Origin: Chiloscyllium plagiosum
Taxonomy: Eukaryota
DNA: 40,680 bases
Assembly: GCF_004010195.1 (NCBI RefSeq)
Contig: NC_057719.1
Coordinates: 84,694,833-84,735,512 of the forward strand
Direction: 5' to 3'
A program made the position numbers and the translations under genes. Shown in pieces: positions 12,620 to 23,034 of the stretch. The notes under the pieces are model-generated. The model was not told the DNA's origin, did not search any database, and worked only from the letters and a program-made list of their open reading frames with translations. The first letter of the stretch is position 1, and every line of letters starts with the position of its first letter.

Positions 12620-13582
12620 TTGTGGTAGAAGATGGAGGGTCATGGTAGAAGGCTGAAGCCTGGTGTCCAATGGCATACCACAAGGATCCGTGCTGGGTCC
12701 CTTTATTGTTCATGATAAATGTGAATGATATTGATGAAAATTTTGTTGGGGAGATAATATTGTTGATGACACATAACCTGGGTGGTTAATAGTGAAGAAG
12801 AATGTCTTGGTTTACGGGAAGATGTAAATAGGTTGGTTAAAAAGGCAGATCAATGGTAGATGCAATTTTCACCTGAAAAGAGAGATGGCACACTTTGGAA
12901 GAAATAACAAAACAAGTGAGTACTAGGGTAGGAGCAACAGTGAGATCTCAGGGTGTTTGTCCACTAATCCCCAAAGGTGACAAAACAGATTAATAGGGTG
13001 GTTAAGAAGGCATGTGGAACATTTGTCTTGGCATTGATTTATAAAGGCAGGGAAGATATGTTTGAACTGTAAAAAATTTGGTAAGGCCAAAACTTGAGTG
13101 CTGTGTAGAGTTTTGAATTTAATTGCATTGGTGGGGGTGCAGAGGGAATTCTCCAGAACGTTGCCTGGGTTGGAGCATTTTAGCTATGAAGAAAGGCTGG
13201 ATAGGCTTGTATTGTTTTCTTTAGAGCAGAGAAGATTGAAGGGTGACCTGTTTGAGGGTGTGGATAGGAAGGGTTGAAGGGTCACAAAGGAGGGGGGCAT
13301 AATTTTAAGGTGACAGGCAAGTGGATTAGAGGAGATGTGAAAAAATTAATTTTCTCACCAGAAGATGTCAGAGTGCTTCGCCAAGGAGGGCAATAGAAGT
13401 CAGAAGCCTCACAGCCTTTTTTTTTTAAAAAAAAAAAGGGTGAATAAGCACATGAAGTATTGTTACATTCAAGGCTACGGGCCACGTGCTGGCAGGTGGA
13501 GTTAGTGTTATAGATTGGTGCAGATGCAATGTCCTGAAAGGCCTGTCCTGTGCTGTATGACCCTGACTATGATTCTATGATT
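12620..13582 (+). mobile_element. 5'-truncated CR1 LINE
   Basis: GIPQGSVLGP motif at ~12672-12701; 3' tail ctatgattctatga. Confidence 0.85.
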
Positions 13583-13797
13583 AAACATTTAAATTCTGCT
13601 TTGTAATGGTAACAACTGTTATCTGTACCTTTCTGAAAGGAAATAAGCTAGTAAGTTAATTCAGTTCTCATTCTATTGATCTTGGTGTTAAAACTAAATA
13701 CTATTTCTTGTCGATCCTACATTGAAAGTGTTCCATCAGTTTAACATACTGAATTGCTATTCAAAAACACAAAATTTAGTTTTGTCCTATTTTTCAG

Positions 13798-13907
13798 AGG
13801 ATGAGGCTCCACTGCATTCAAAGCTTGTTCATGAGTTAATTATGACCTACTGGAAGAGTCAAGACAGTTGGCAAGATGTATACACAAATGAATTGCAGCT
13901 CCCCATG
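13798..13907 (+). CDS. KNL1: KNL1 coding exon (EDEAPLHSKLVHELIMTYWKSQDSWQDVYTNELQLPM)
   Basis: Acceptor tatttttcag, donor gtacga; 110 nt, phase 1 to 0. Resembles KNL1 EDQAPPSSLLVHKLIFQY...SW...QLP. Confidence 0.93.
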
Positions 13908-14521
13908 GTACGAATCTGGCTAGATCATTACTTTCAATCTTGCAGTCAACCCTAACTTCAGACATTTGTCTTTTTTTTTCCATTCCACTATTCCACAATT
14001 TCATTTTCCTGACTTTATATTTTAATAACTGTTAAATTTCTAAATATGTTTGAACAAAAAGATTACTGTTGAGAAGTATTAACTGTTTGTCTCCCCATGA
14101 ATTTTGCCAGCATTTTGTGTTTTTAATTTCAGGTTTCCAGCATTCAAAAAGTTTTCTTTGATAGCTTATTAGCTCCTTTTGGCACTACCGTTAATATTGC
14201 TTTGTTTTTTCGGCAGCAGGAAGCTGTGGAATTCTGAAAGCAATCTGTTAGTTGTAATTGTCAAAGGATCGCCATTTGGCATAAACTGAACCCGACATAA
14301 TGTATCTCTAAGTCAAATAAATAATTTTTCTTTAAGTAGATGGAGAAAGGAAATGGAGAAATGCAACTAAGTGGATAGCATTTTTAGGAAGTTGACCGGC
14401 ATGTTAGGATAATTACTTTCTCCTAATTATTTTATAAACAAACATTGTTCAAATTAAAAGATGAGATTTTTCAATTTAATTTCCCAATTAATCATCAATT
14501 TTGTTTTGAACTGTAATTTAC

Positions 14522-14800
14522 GTGTCAAGACCTGGGTTCAATTCCCGCCTCAGGCGACTCTCTGTGTGGAGTTTGCACATTCTCCCCGTGTCTGCGTGGG
14601 TTTCCTCCGGGTGCTCCGGTTTCCTCCCACATTCCAAAAATGTGCAGGTTAGGTGAATTGGCCATGCTATATTGCCCATAGTGTTAGGTATATTAGTCAG
14701 AGGAGAAATGGGTCTGGGTGGGTTGCGCTTCGGCGGGTCGGTGTGGACTTGTTGGGCCGAAGGGCCTGTTTCCACGCTGTAGGGAATCTAATCTAATCTA
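14522..14800 (+). mobile_element. HE1-type SINE, 5'-truncated
   Basis: B-box GGGTTCAATTCCC, conserved core, (AATCT)n tail. Confidence 0.9.
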
Positions 14801-14899
14801 AAGTCTTTGTTGTTATTTTTAAAAATCCAGGGAGTTGGCAGAAGAAAAACTCTGGGGCTTTGTACTTAAAAAAAAACCTTGACCAGCAGTACACAATCA

Positions 14900-15350
14900 C
14901 AATTAGGTGCAGAAGGAGACTATTTGGCCCATGGGCATGCACTTATTCTATCACATACTGCTCATCTCCTGCCTGTTGCCCCCATCTCTATACTGTAAAT
15001 CATATGTATATCAAATATTCATCATGTTCTCTTGAATACCTCAATTGAACCTCTGTCCACCACATTTCCAGGCATTGCACTCCATACCCTAACTACTAGC
15101 TGTGTGATTTTTTTTTTCATGTCACCCTATTTCTTTTGCCTATCACTTTAAATCTATGTCCTCTTATTGTTCCTTTCACAAATGGGAACTGTTTCCTCCT
15201 ATCTACTCTGCCTAACCCCATATGATTTTTAAAGCTTAAATGAAATCTCCTCTTAACCGCCTTCTCGCCAAGGGGAACAGTCCGAATTTCCCCAATCTAT
15301 CCACGGAACTGAGATTTCTCATTCTGGAAGCATTCTTGTAAATCGCTTCT
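14900..15350 (-). mobile_element. CR1 LINE 3' fragment
   Basis: Degenerate reverse-complement CR1 RT C-terminus and 3'UTR. Confidence 0.65.
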
Positions 15351-15654
15351 ATACTTTTATACTCAGGTGCTTATATACTCCGGTCCCTTTTACACATGCC
15401 CCCCCTTTGGAACTACTCCCTCTTCCCCTACCCTGTTTTGCATTGTCTTCTGTGAGGGTTGTCTGAATCACAGTTTAACACCTCAAACTGGGTGTAAACT
15501 ATAACTTGCAAAGTGACTGTTGGATTACTGGATCACAGTCCAAAGCTTCTGACTTCTTCCAGCCTGTAAGGGATGATGTATTTTGGAAGATTGAAAGGCT
15601 TCCATACTCCTTTCTGATTTTGGTAACATTTTGACTCTCTCTTTGCTTCTCTAG

Positions 15655-15773
15655 CTCTTGCTTGACGTTTCATTAGTGGTGAGTCGATGTCGGTTGCTTG
15701 GTGATGAGCTGGAATATTTGATGAACTGGGGATCAAAATTTGACATTCTGAAGACAGAGGTTCAAAACCTGGA
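15655..15773 (+). CDS. KNL1: KNL1 coding exon (LLLDVSLVVSRCRLLGDELEYLMNWGSKFDILKTEVQNL)
   Basis: Acceptor ctttgcttctctag, donor gtaagt; 119 nt, phase 0 to 2. Strong resemblance to KNL1 SLVVHHCRLLGEEIEYLKRWG. Confidence 0.95.
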
Positions 15774-15944
15774 GTAAGTGTAGTATATCTCACAGTTTGT
15801 AATTACGCAGTCAGAAGTGGGTATGTAAGAGTTCAGATTTTGAAGCTTCACCTACTCTTTCCAAAGTGATCAGGGTTTGCACTTATTCTGGATCAGTGGT
15901 GCTGGAAGAGCACAGCAATTCAGGCAGCATCCGAAAAGCTTCGA

Positions 15945-15980
15945 AATCGACGTTTCGGGCAAAAGCCCTTCATCAGAAAT
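15945..15980 (-). ncRNA. Minimal type I hammerhead ribozyme motif (PLE pLTR)
   Basis: Minus strand CTGATGA-A-GGGC-TTTT-GCCC-GAAA-CGTC. Confidence 0.7.
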
Positions 15981-16179
15981 AAAGGCAGAGAGCCTGAAGC
16001 ATAGAGAGATAAGCTAGAGGGTGGAGAGATAAGCTAGAGGAGGGTGGGGGTGGGGAGAGAGTAGCATAGAGTACAATAGGTCAGTGGGGGAGGAGATGAA
16101 GGTGATAGGTCAGGGAGGAGAGGGTGGAGTGGATAGGTGGAAAAGGAGTCAAGGGGATTGTGTTGCTGGCGGTTAGAAA

Positions 16180-16425
16180 CTAGGTTGAGGTGGGGGAAGG
16201 GGAAATGAGGAATCTGTTGAAATCCACATTGATGCCCTGGGGTTGAAGTGTTCCGAGGCGGAAGATGAGGCGTTCTTCTTCCATGCGTCTGGTGGTGAGG
16301 GAGCGGCGGTGGAGGAGGCCCAGCACCTCCATTTCCTCAGCAGAGTGGGAGGGGGAGTTGAAATGTTGGGCCACGGGGCGGTTTGGTTGATTGGTGCGAG
16401 TGTCTCGGAGATGTTCCCTAAAGCG
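16180..16425 (-). pseudogene. Penelope GIY-YIG endonuclease C-terminal fragment
   Basis: RFREH...PVAQHFNSPSH...EEERLIFRLGTLQPQGIN; runs into the assembly gap. Confidence 0.85.
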
Positions 16426-16976
16426 NNNNNNNNNNNNNNNNNNNNNNNNNNNNNNNNNNNNNNNNNNNNNNNNNNNNNNNNNNNNNNNNNNNNNNNNNNN
16501 NNNNNNNNNNNNNNNNNNNNNNNNNNNNNNNNNNNNNNNNNNNNNNNNNNNNNNNNNNNNNNNNNNNNNNNNNNNNNNNNNNNNNNNNNNNNNNNNNNNN
16601 NNNNNNNNNNNNNNNNNNNNNNNNNNNNNNNNNNNNNNNNNNNNNNNNNNNNNNNNNNNNNNNNNNNNNNNNNNNNNNNNNNNNNNNNNNNNNNNNNNNN
16701 NNNNNNNNNNNNNNNNNNNNNNNNNNNNNNNNNNNNNNNNNNNNNNNNNNNNNNNNNNNNNNNNNNNNNNNNNNNNNNNNNNNNNNNNNNNNNNNNNNNN
16801 NNNNNNNNNNNNNNNNNNNNNNNNNNNNNNNNNNNNNNNNNNNNNNNNNNNNNNNNNNNNNNNNNNNNNNNNNNNNNNNNNNNNNNNNNNNNNNNNNNNN
16901 NNNNNNNNNNNNNNNNNNNNNNNNNNNNNNNNNNNNNNNNNNNNNNNNNNNNNNNNNNNNNNNNNNNNNNNNNNNN
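16426..16976. other. Assembly gap (551 N)
   Basis: Run of N. Confidence 1.
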
Positions 16977-17290
16977 ATATGGAGGTGCTGGGCCTCATCT
17001 TCCGCCTGGGAACACTTCAACCCCAGGGCATCAATGTGGATTTCAACAGCTTCCTCATTTCCCCTTCCTCCACCTCACCCTAGTTTCTAACCTCCAGCAA
17101 CATGATCCCCTTGACATGTCCAGACTTGTTCGACCTGCCCAGCTCCTTTTCCACCTATCCACTCCACCCTCTCCTCCCTGACCTATCACCTTCATCTCCT
17201 CCCCCACTGACCTATTGTACTCTATGCTACTCTATCCCCACCCCCACCCTCCTCTAGCTTATCTCTCTATGCTTCAGGCTCTCTGCCTTT

Positions 17291-17326
17291 ATTCCTGATG
17301 AAGGGCTTTTGCCCGAAACGTCGATT
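17291..17326 (+). ncRNA. Minimal type I hammerhead ribozyme motif (PLE pLTR)
   Basis: CTGATGA (17295-17301), A, stem GGGC/GCCC, GAAA (17315-17318), then CGTC; predicted cleavage after C17322. Confidence 0.75.
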
Positions 17327-17689
17327 TCGAAGCTTTTCGGATGCTGCCTGAATTGCTGTGCTCTTCCAGCACCACTGATCCAGAATCTGGTTTCCAGCAT
17401 CTGCAGTCATTGTTTTTACCAGGGTTTGCACTTACACCTGCCATTCAAGAACTTAATGTGATTACTTTGCATGCACAGTCTTTGACTTTCTTTGTGCAGC
17501 AGGGTCAAATTGTGTTGTGACTTGCGCACCATAAGTTTATAAATTCTCACCCCCATAACTGACTACATAGAGCAAAAACAATATATAAAAGATAAATAAT
17601 AGCTAGGAGATGCATTTGAAAACTTGATGGGCAACTGACAACAAAAGCCTGAAATGTCCATTCCTGTATGTCTTGTATATAGGTAAAGT

Positions 17690-17868
17690 TGCCAGAGGCC
17701 CATTGGACTGCTCTGTCATTAGAGAGAACCAACTAGTAATGGTTTAACCTGAGAGTCATCACACCTAAGGTGAGAGGCAAGGTTGAGAAAGCAAAACCTT
17801 CATGGTAATCTCAGCCGGTGCAGAATTGAGCCTGCTCTGTTGGTTTAACTCTGCATCACAAACCAGCT
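17690..17868 (-). mobile_element. Old tRNA-derived SINE-like repeat
   Basis: Minus strand has a degenerate B-box (GGCTCAATTCTG) after a tRNA-like head. Confidence 0.4.
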
Positions 17869-18181
17869 TTGCCCCTGTATCAGCTTATATGTTGAAACCT
17901 ATACTTATGTCTTTTACTTCGATTCCAATGTGCCTAATACTTATGTAGCTTTCAAACTCGTTTTTTAATGCCCTGCAAACCATCTAGGGATGTTCATTGC
18001 ACTAGTGAGGTGATATTAAATTAAAATTTGTTATGAACTTTGTTTTCCATTTGCTTCCCTAAGTACACCCTGGCATCTGAGTTTACTGTTAATGAGTTAG
18101 TCACAATGATATGTAAAGATTTAAATACATGTTTTCTTTGGTTGACTGCTCTCTCTATATGATCATTGTGTTTCTTTGCAG

Positions 18182-18304
18182 TGTGAAGTGTCTTTTCTCA
18201 AGTTATGATGCACTATCGAAATTTGAACTTACATTTCATATCAAGCCAGGTTATCCATGGCACCTAGCGCAGTTCACATTTAATTCTTGGTTTGGAAACA
18301 TCAG
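18182..18304 (+). CDS. KNL1: KNL1 coding exon (DVKCLFSSYDALSKFELTFHIKPGYPWHLAQFTFNSWFGNI)
   Basis: Acceptor tttctttgcag, donor gtgggt; 123 nt, phase 2 to 2. LFSS...KFELT...YP pattern fits the second RWD domain. Confidence 0.93.
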
Positions 18305-18642
18305 GTGGGTATGCTTGGAAATTTCCATTTCAGTAGAAATTTCTAATTTTGTATGCCTTGCTTTGAAACAACATCACCCTTCAAACCTCTCAGGGTGGTA
18401 ATACAGTTATTGTAGGAAAGTTGCATATACTTTCCACAGGATTGGAGAAATAATCATCAGTAGTGTTGATGCACCGAGCTTGAAACATTCTTCATTCATC
18501 TTTGTATGTTATACAGTTTTACAGATACAGACATCTAGACAACAATACAATGACAAGCTTGGTAATGCAAGACAAAAAGCTTCAACAGCATCTCTTTCAG
18601 CAATACATGACGAGTTCTGATCTAAATTTTGACTGTTTATTT

Positions 18643-18787
18643 AGAGTCATAGAGATGACAGCACAAAAGCAGACCCTTCAGTCTAACTTGTCCATGCCGA
18701 CCAGATATCCTACCTAATCTCGTCCCATTTGCCAGCACTTGGCCCATATCCCTCTAAACTCTTCCTATTCAAATACCCATCCAGATA
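18643..18787 (-). mobile_element. HER1/CR1 LINE 3' end
   Basis: Closely similar to 23154-23295 in this window. Confidence 0.8.
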
Positions 18788-19679
18788 GTTTGGTTCTGCC
18801 CACACTTAACATTAATAGATGTGCATTTTCGTGCTGGGATAAATTCCAACAGGGCACTGACTTTTATTCATTCACCCTTGCACACTCATTCCACTCTGCA
18901 ATGAATGGCTCTGAGGGAACTGATGGAGATCCACTCACTGACTACAGACTAAGAACCAAATCTGGACTGTAGCTGTATAAAGTCATGGCATTCTCTGGGT
19001 TGCAATTCATAGTCATTATCAAATAACAAATGTTATTTGTAGGCTGTATGAAGATAGAGCTTTGTTGCTGAATACAGTTCTAATCAGATCAAGCAGTTGT
19101 ACATAACACATTCTACATCAGAATGTTACTTCAAAATAATGCTTAGAAATGGGAATCTTGAATGATTCATCTTGGGTACTTTTAAACATTTTACAGTAGC
19201 CCTGCTACATACTGCTGATGGAATTTGAATTCAACTAATACATTCATCTGGAAGTTCAAGCTATTCTCTGTAATTCTGACCATAAGGCTATCAACGATTT
19301 GTCACAAAAATCTGATTCCCTAATGTTCTGTAGGGAGGCAAATCTGCCATCAATCCCTGGTCTGGCCATTGGATGACTCCAGGGGAGCAACAATGAGGTT
19401 TATTTTTAAGTGGCCTTGCAAGGTGTTCAGTTCAAGGTCAATCAGGGATAGACAACAAAATGCTCACATTTGTTAGTGAAAACCACATCCAAAGAAAGAG
19501 TAAAGAAAACATTAGTTAAACAAAGAAATTTAGTGTAGTATTTGATTAAAATAAGGCATGTTTAAAGTTGCTGACTAGCTAACACAAAATAATTCCAGAA
19601 ATATTTGGGAATTGACTCTATTGAGAGGAAGGAACTTTAATTCATGTTGAAGGAAAACTAGTGGCAAAGTCTAATGGCA

Positions 19680-20700
19680 GACAAAGTAGGATTCTAGAAG
19701 ATTGTGGATCATTGGTTGTGAGCTTGAAAAATTTCCTAGATGTGAGAATGGTTGCACTGGATTGGAAGGTAACAAAATTAAAACAATTATTTGAGAAATG
19801 AAGAAAAGAAAAATGGTACTACCTACCAGTTAACCTGACATCAGTCGTCCAGAAAAATAGGGAAGTTGTAACAGGGCACTTTTTTTTAAAAAAAGAAATA
19901 ACTTGATTAATGCACAATCATAATGTCTTGGGAAATTGTTTGCTTATTCTGAGAGATTATTGAGGATGTAACTAGCAGGGCAGTGGGGTTATTCATTGAT
20001 AATTTCCCTGAAATAGATGTGTTGCATTCAAGGACATGTAAAGGAAGTAGCAACAGAGATGGTGATTACATTGGTATTAATCTTCCAATAATCGATGGAG
20101 TCTGGCAGTCTTATAATCCTCTGGAACTTTTCCAATTCAAAAAGGCAAGAGGCAAAAAAGTGATAAGACCACTTAAATCTATATTGATTTTATTATAAAT
20201 TATATAATGGAAGAGCACTAAAAATGCATGCTATTACCAAACAGAGTCAGCAGAGCTTCATGAAAGAGAAATCATGCTAGGCAATTTTATTAGAATTAGT
20301 TTAAGGAGGTGACAGGATAGATAACCAATGGTTGTCATGTATTTGGATTTCCAAAAGGTGGTTTCTAAGGTACTACATATCAAGCTGCTTGATAAGAACC
20401 CATGATGTTGGGGTAGCCATGATTTATTTACAATCTATATATAAATGGCTTGGATGAGAAACTATTACCAAGTTTGTGGATGACACAAAACAGGTGGAAA
20501 GGCAAGTCATGACAATGACAGTCTGTAGAGGGATATGGACTGATTGTGAGTGAACAAAAACTTGGCAGTTGGAATATACTGTGGGAAAAGGTTATGCATT
20601 TTAGCAAGAAAAATAGATGAACTGAATGTTTAAATGAAGAGCAACATAACATGTAGAAGTAGAATTGGACCGTTTGGAGTGTGCTGTATCATTTTAAATG
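19680..20700 (+). mobile_element. Highly degraded CR1 RT remnants
   Basis: YLDFQK and KFVDDTK-like motifs at ~20340 and ~20470. Confidence 0.65.
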
Positions 20701-20708
20701 AGATCATG

Positions 20709-21025
20709 GGGGCAGCATGGTGACTTAGTAGTTAGCACTGTTGCCCTCACAGCGCCAGAAACCAGAATTGAATTCCAGTCTTGGATGACACTGTTCGTGG
20801 AATTTGCACGTTCTCCCCATGTTTGCATGAGCTTCTGCTGGGTGGTTTCTCCCACAGTCCAAAGATGTGCAGCTTAGATGGATTGGCTATGCTAAATTGT
20901 CCTATAGTATCTAGGAATGTGCAGGCTGGGTGGGTTAGCCATGGTAAATGTGGGTTACAGGAATAGCGTGGGGAATTGGGCCTGGCTGGGATACTGTTTG
21001 GAGGGTTGGTGTCAACTTGATGGCT
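20709..21025 (+). mobile_element. HE1-type SINE, older copy
   Basis: GGCAGCATGGTGACTTAGTAGTTAGCAC head and TGGAATTTGCACGTTCTCCCC core. Confidence 0.85.
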
Positions 21026-21589
21026 CAATATCTCAACCTTTATACATCATGATAAAGCCTAAACATTCCTCTGTGATAAATCAATTATAACTATACACTG
21101 ATCATTAAAAAAAAACTTCCTTATCTTAAATTGGTGACTCCTTACTCTGAAGTTATGCCTTCTGGTCTTAGTTTACCCTTGTCGGAGTCTATCGCTTTGC
21201 ATCCACCTGGTCAAGTACCCTCAAAATATATTCTGTATTTCAATAACATCTCTCATTACTCTAAACTCTAAGAAGTCTAAACCCAACCTACTAAAATATC
21301 TTGAGAGCTAATGTGTGTTTTGTTACATGATGAGGGCATGCACTCCTCTGGATATGGGAGAAACTAAGAACTTAGCCAGGAATATGTCAGTTGTAACTAT
21401 CTTCAAAATGGGAGATATTGTGTGCTATAAAAGCTTTTGAGGTATTTCTCTTCTGGACTAAAACTTCTTCACTCGCATTTGCCTCATTAAAATTGATCTG
21501 CAACTGCCTTGTGTGAACTGAAATAAGACACCATCAAACTCCAGACCAGTGTTCGACAAGGCGTTTCATAACCCCGTACTATTTATAAT

Positions 21590-21685
21590 CAAATGTAAAA
21601 CACAACTATGGATGCTGGCAATCTGAAACATACAAAAATAGAAATTGCTGTTAAACTCAGCAGATCTGGCAGCATCTGTGGCAAG
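21590..21685 (-). mobile_element. Old Penelope pLTR 3' remnant
   Basis: gatgctggcaatctg...cagcagatctggcagcatc resembles the reverse complement of 17340-17410. Confidence 0.5.
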
Positions 21686-21952
21686 AGATGGGCCTAATTG
21701 CCTTGAGTTTAGAAGAAAAAGAGTATTCTCACTGAAGCATATAAGATTCTACAGGTCTGGAGCTTCAGAGGTAAGTTTCAAATTCTTAAAGGGTTTTAGA
21801 GAGTAAATACAGGAAGTACTTTTCCCTAGACTGGGTGAGGGTCAAGAACCAGGAGTTGTAGGCATTGTCAAACCATTTAGCACAGAGATGAGGAAAACCT
21901 CTTCACTCAGAGGATAATGAATCTTTGGAATTCTCTACTCAAGACTGTGATG

Positions 21953-22825
21953 GTTCATTGACGACACCACCATAGTGGGATGGATATTAACAATAACGAA
22001 TCAAAATATAGAAGGGAGCTAGAGGACTTGGTGACATGGTCCAAGGAGAGCAACCTCAACATTGGCAAAACCAAAGAACTGATCATTGACTTCAGAAAGA
22101 AAGGAGGAGAATACGCCTCCATCTACATCAACGGAATTAAGGTTGAGAGAATGGAGAGTATCAGGTTCCTTGAAGTGATGATCATCGACAACCTGTCCTG
22201 GACTTCCTATGTTGATGTGACAGCCAAGAAGGCACAACAATGCCTCCTCTTTCTTGGGCATCTCGGGAAATTTGGCATGTCCATAAGGATCCTCACCGAT
22301 TTCTACAGATGCACAATTGAAAGCATACTATCTGGATGTGTAACAGCCTGGTATGGCATCTGCGCTGCTCAGGACTATAAGAAACTTCAGAAGTGGTGTG
22401 CACAGCCCAGACAATCACGGAATGCAACCTTCCTTCCATGGACTCAACCTACACTGCTTGCTGTCACTGAATGGCTGCCAACATTATTAAAGACCCACCA
22501 CACCCCGGTAACGAAATCCGACAACCTCTTTCGTCAGGCAGAAGATACAAGCCTGAACACACACACCAGCAGATTCAGGAACAGTTTCTTCCCAGCCATT
22601 ATTAAACTAACTGAATGGACTCTCTAGGCTCAATGCTGATCTTACTAATGTTGATCTCTCCAATGTTGATCTCTCCTAGTGCACCACCTGTGCAGTGTAA
22701 CCTGAATGCCCCTCTCTCTACATCTTCTTGATCTGTGCAATCTTGCTTACTTTGATTTGGCTGTACTGCTCGTAAAGCTTTTCACTAAGCTTTGGTACAC
22801 GTGACAATAAATAAATTAATCAACC
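21953..22825 (+). mobile_element. Rex1/Babar LINE 3' fragment inserted in a CR1 3' end
   Basis: FIDDTTIVG, KTKELIIDFRK, FYRCTIESILSGCVTAWYG and RFRNSFFPA motifs; tail AATAAATAAATTAATCAA. Host CR1 runs 21700-21952 and resumes at ~22826. Confidence 0.85.
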
Positions 22826-23034
22826 AAAGCTCAATCATTGAGTTTGTTCAAGAGAAACTGATCGGCTTTTAGATACGACTCATTATAATGAGATTGACGT
22901 CATGGGAAAATGAAATTGAGGTAGGCATGACTGAGAATGGCAGAGCAAGCTTGAGAATCTAAATGGCTTAATGATCTAAATGGTGAGGCTGTTTTCCCTG
23001 GCTCAAGTCTAGAACAAAGAAGCATAGTTCAGTA

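Larger units (their letters stand above)
15886..17419 (+). mobile_element. Penelope-like retroelement insertion: inverted arm, N gap, direct arm, 34-nt tail
   Basis: 15-bp TSD CAGGGTTTGCACTTA at 15871-15885 and 17420-17434; 15886-16330 is the reverse complement of 16980-17385; GIY-YIG C-terminal peptide on both arms. Confidence 0.92.

Noticed and set aside
16180..17181. Four long ORFs (200-312 aa) in the ORF track
   Set aside because: Their length comes from translating the N gap; only the flanking Penelope peptide is real.
21980..22627. 215-aa ORF as a host gene
   Set aside because: It is a truncated Rex1/Babar RT C-terminus, frameshifted from its FIDD motif.
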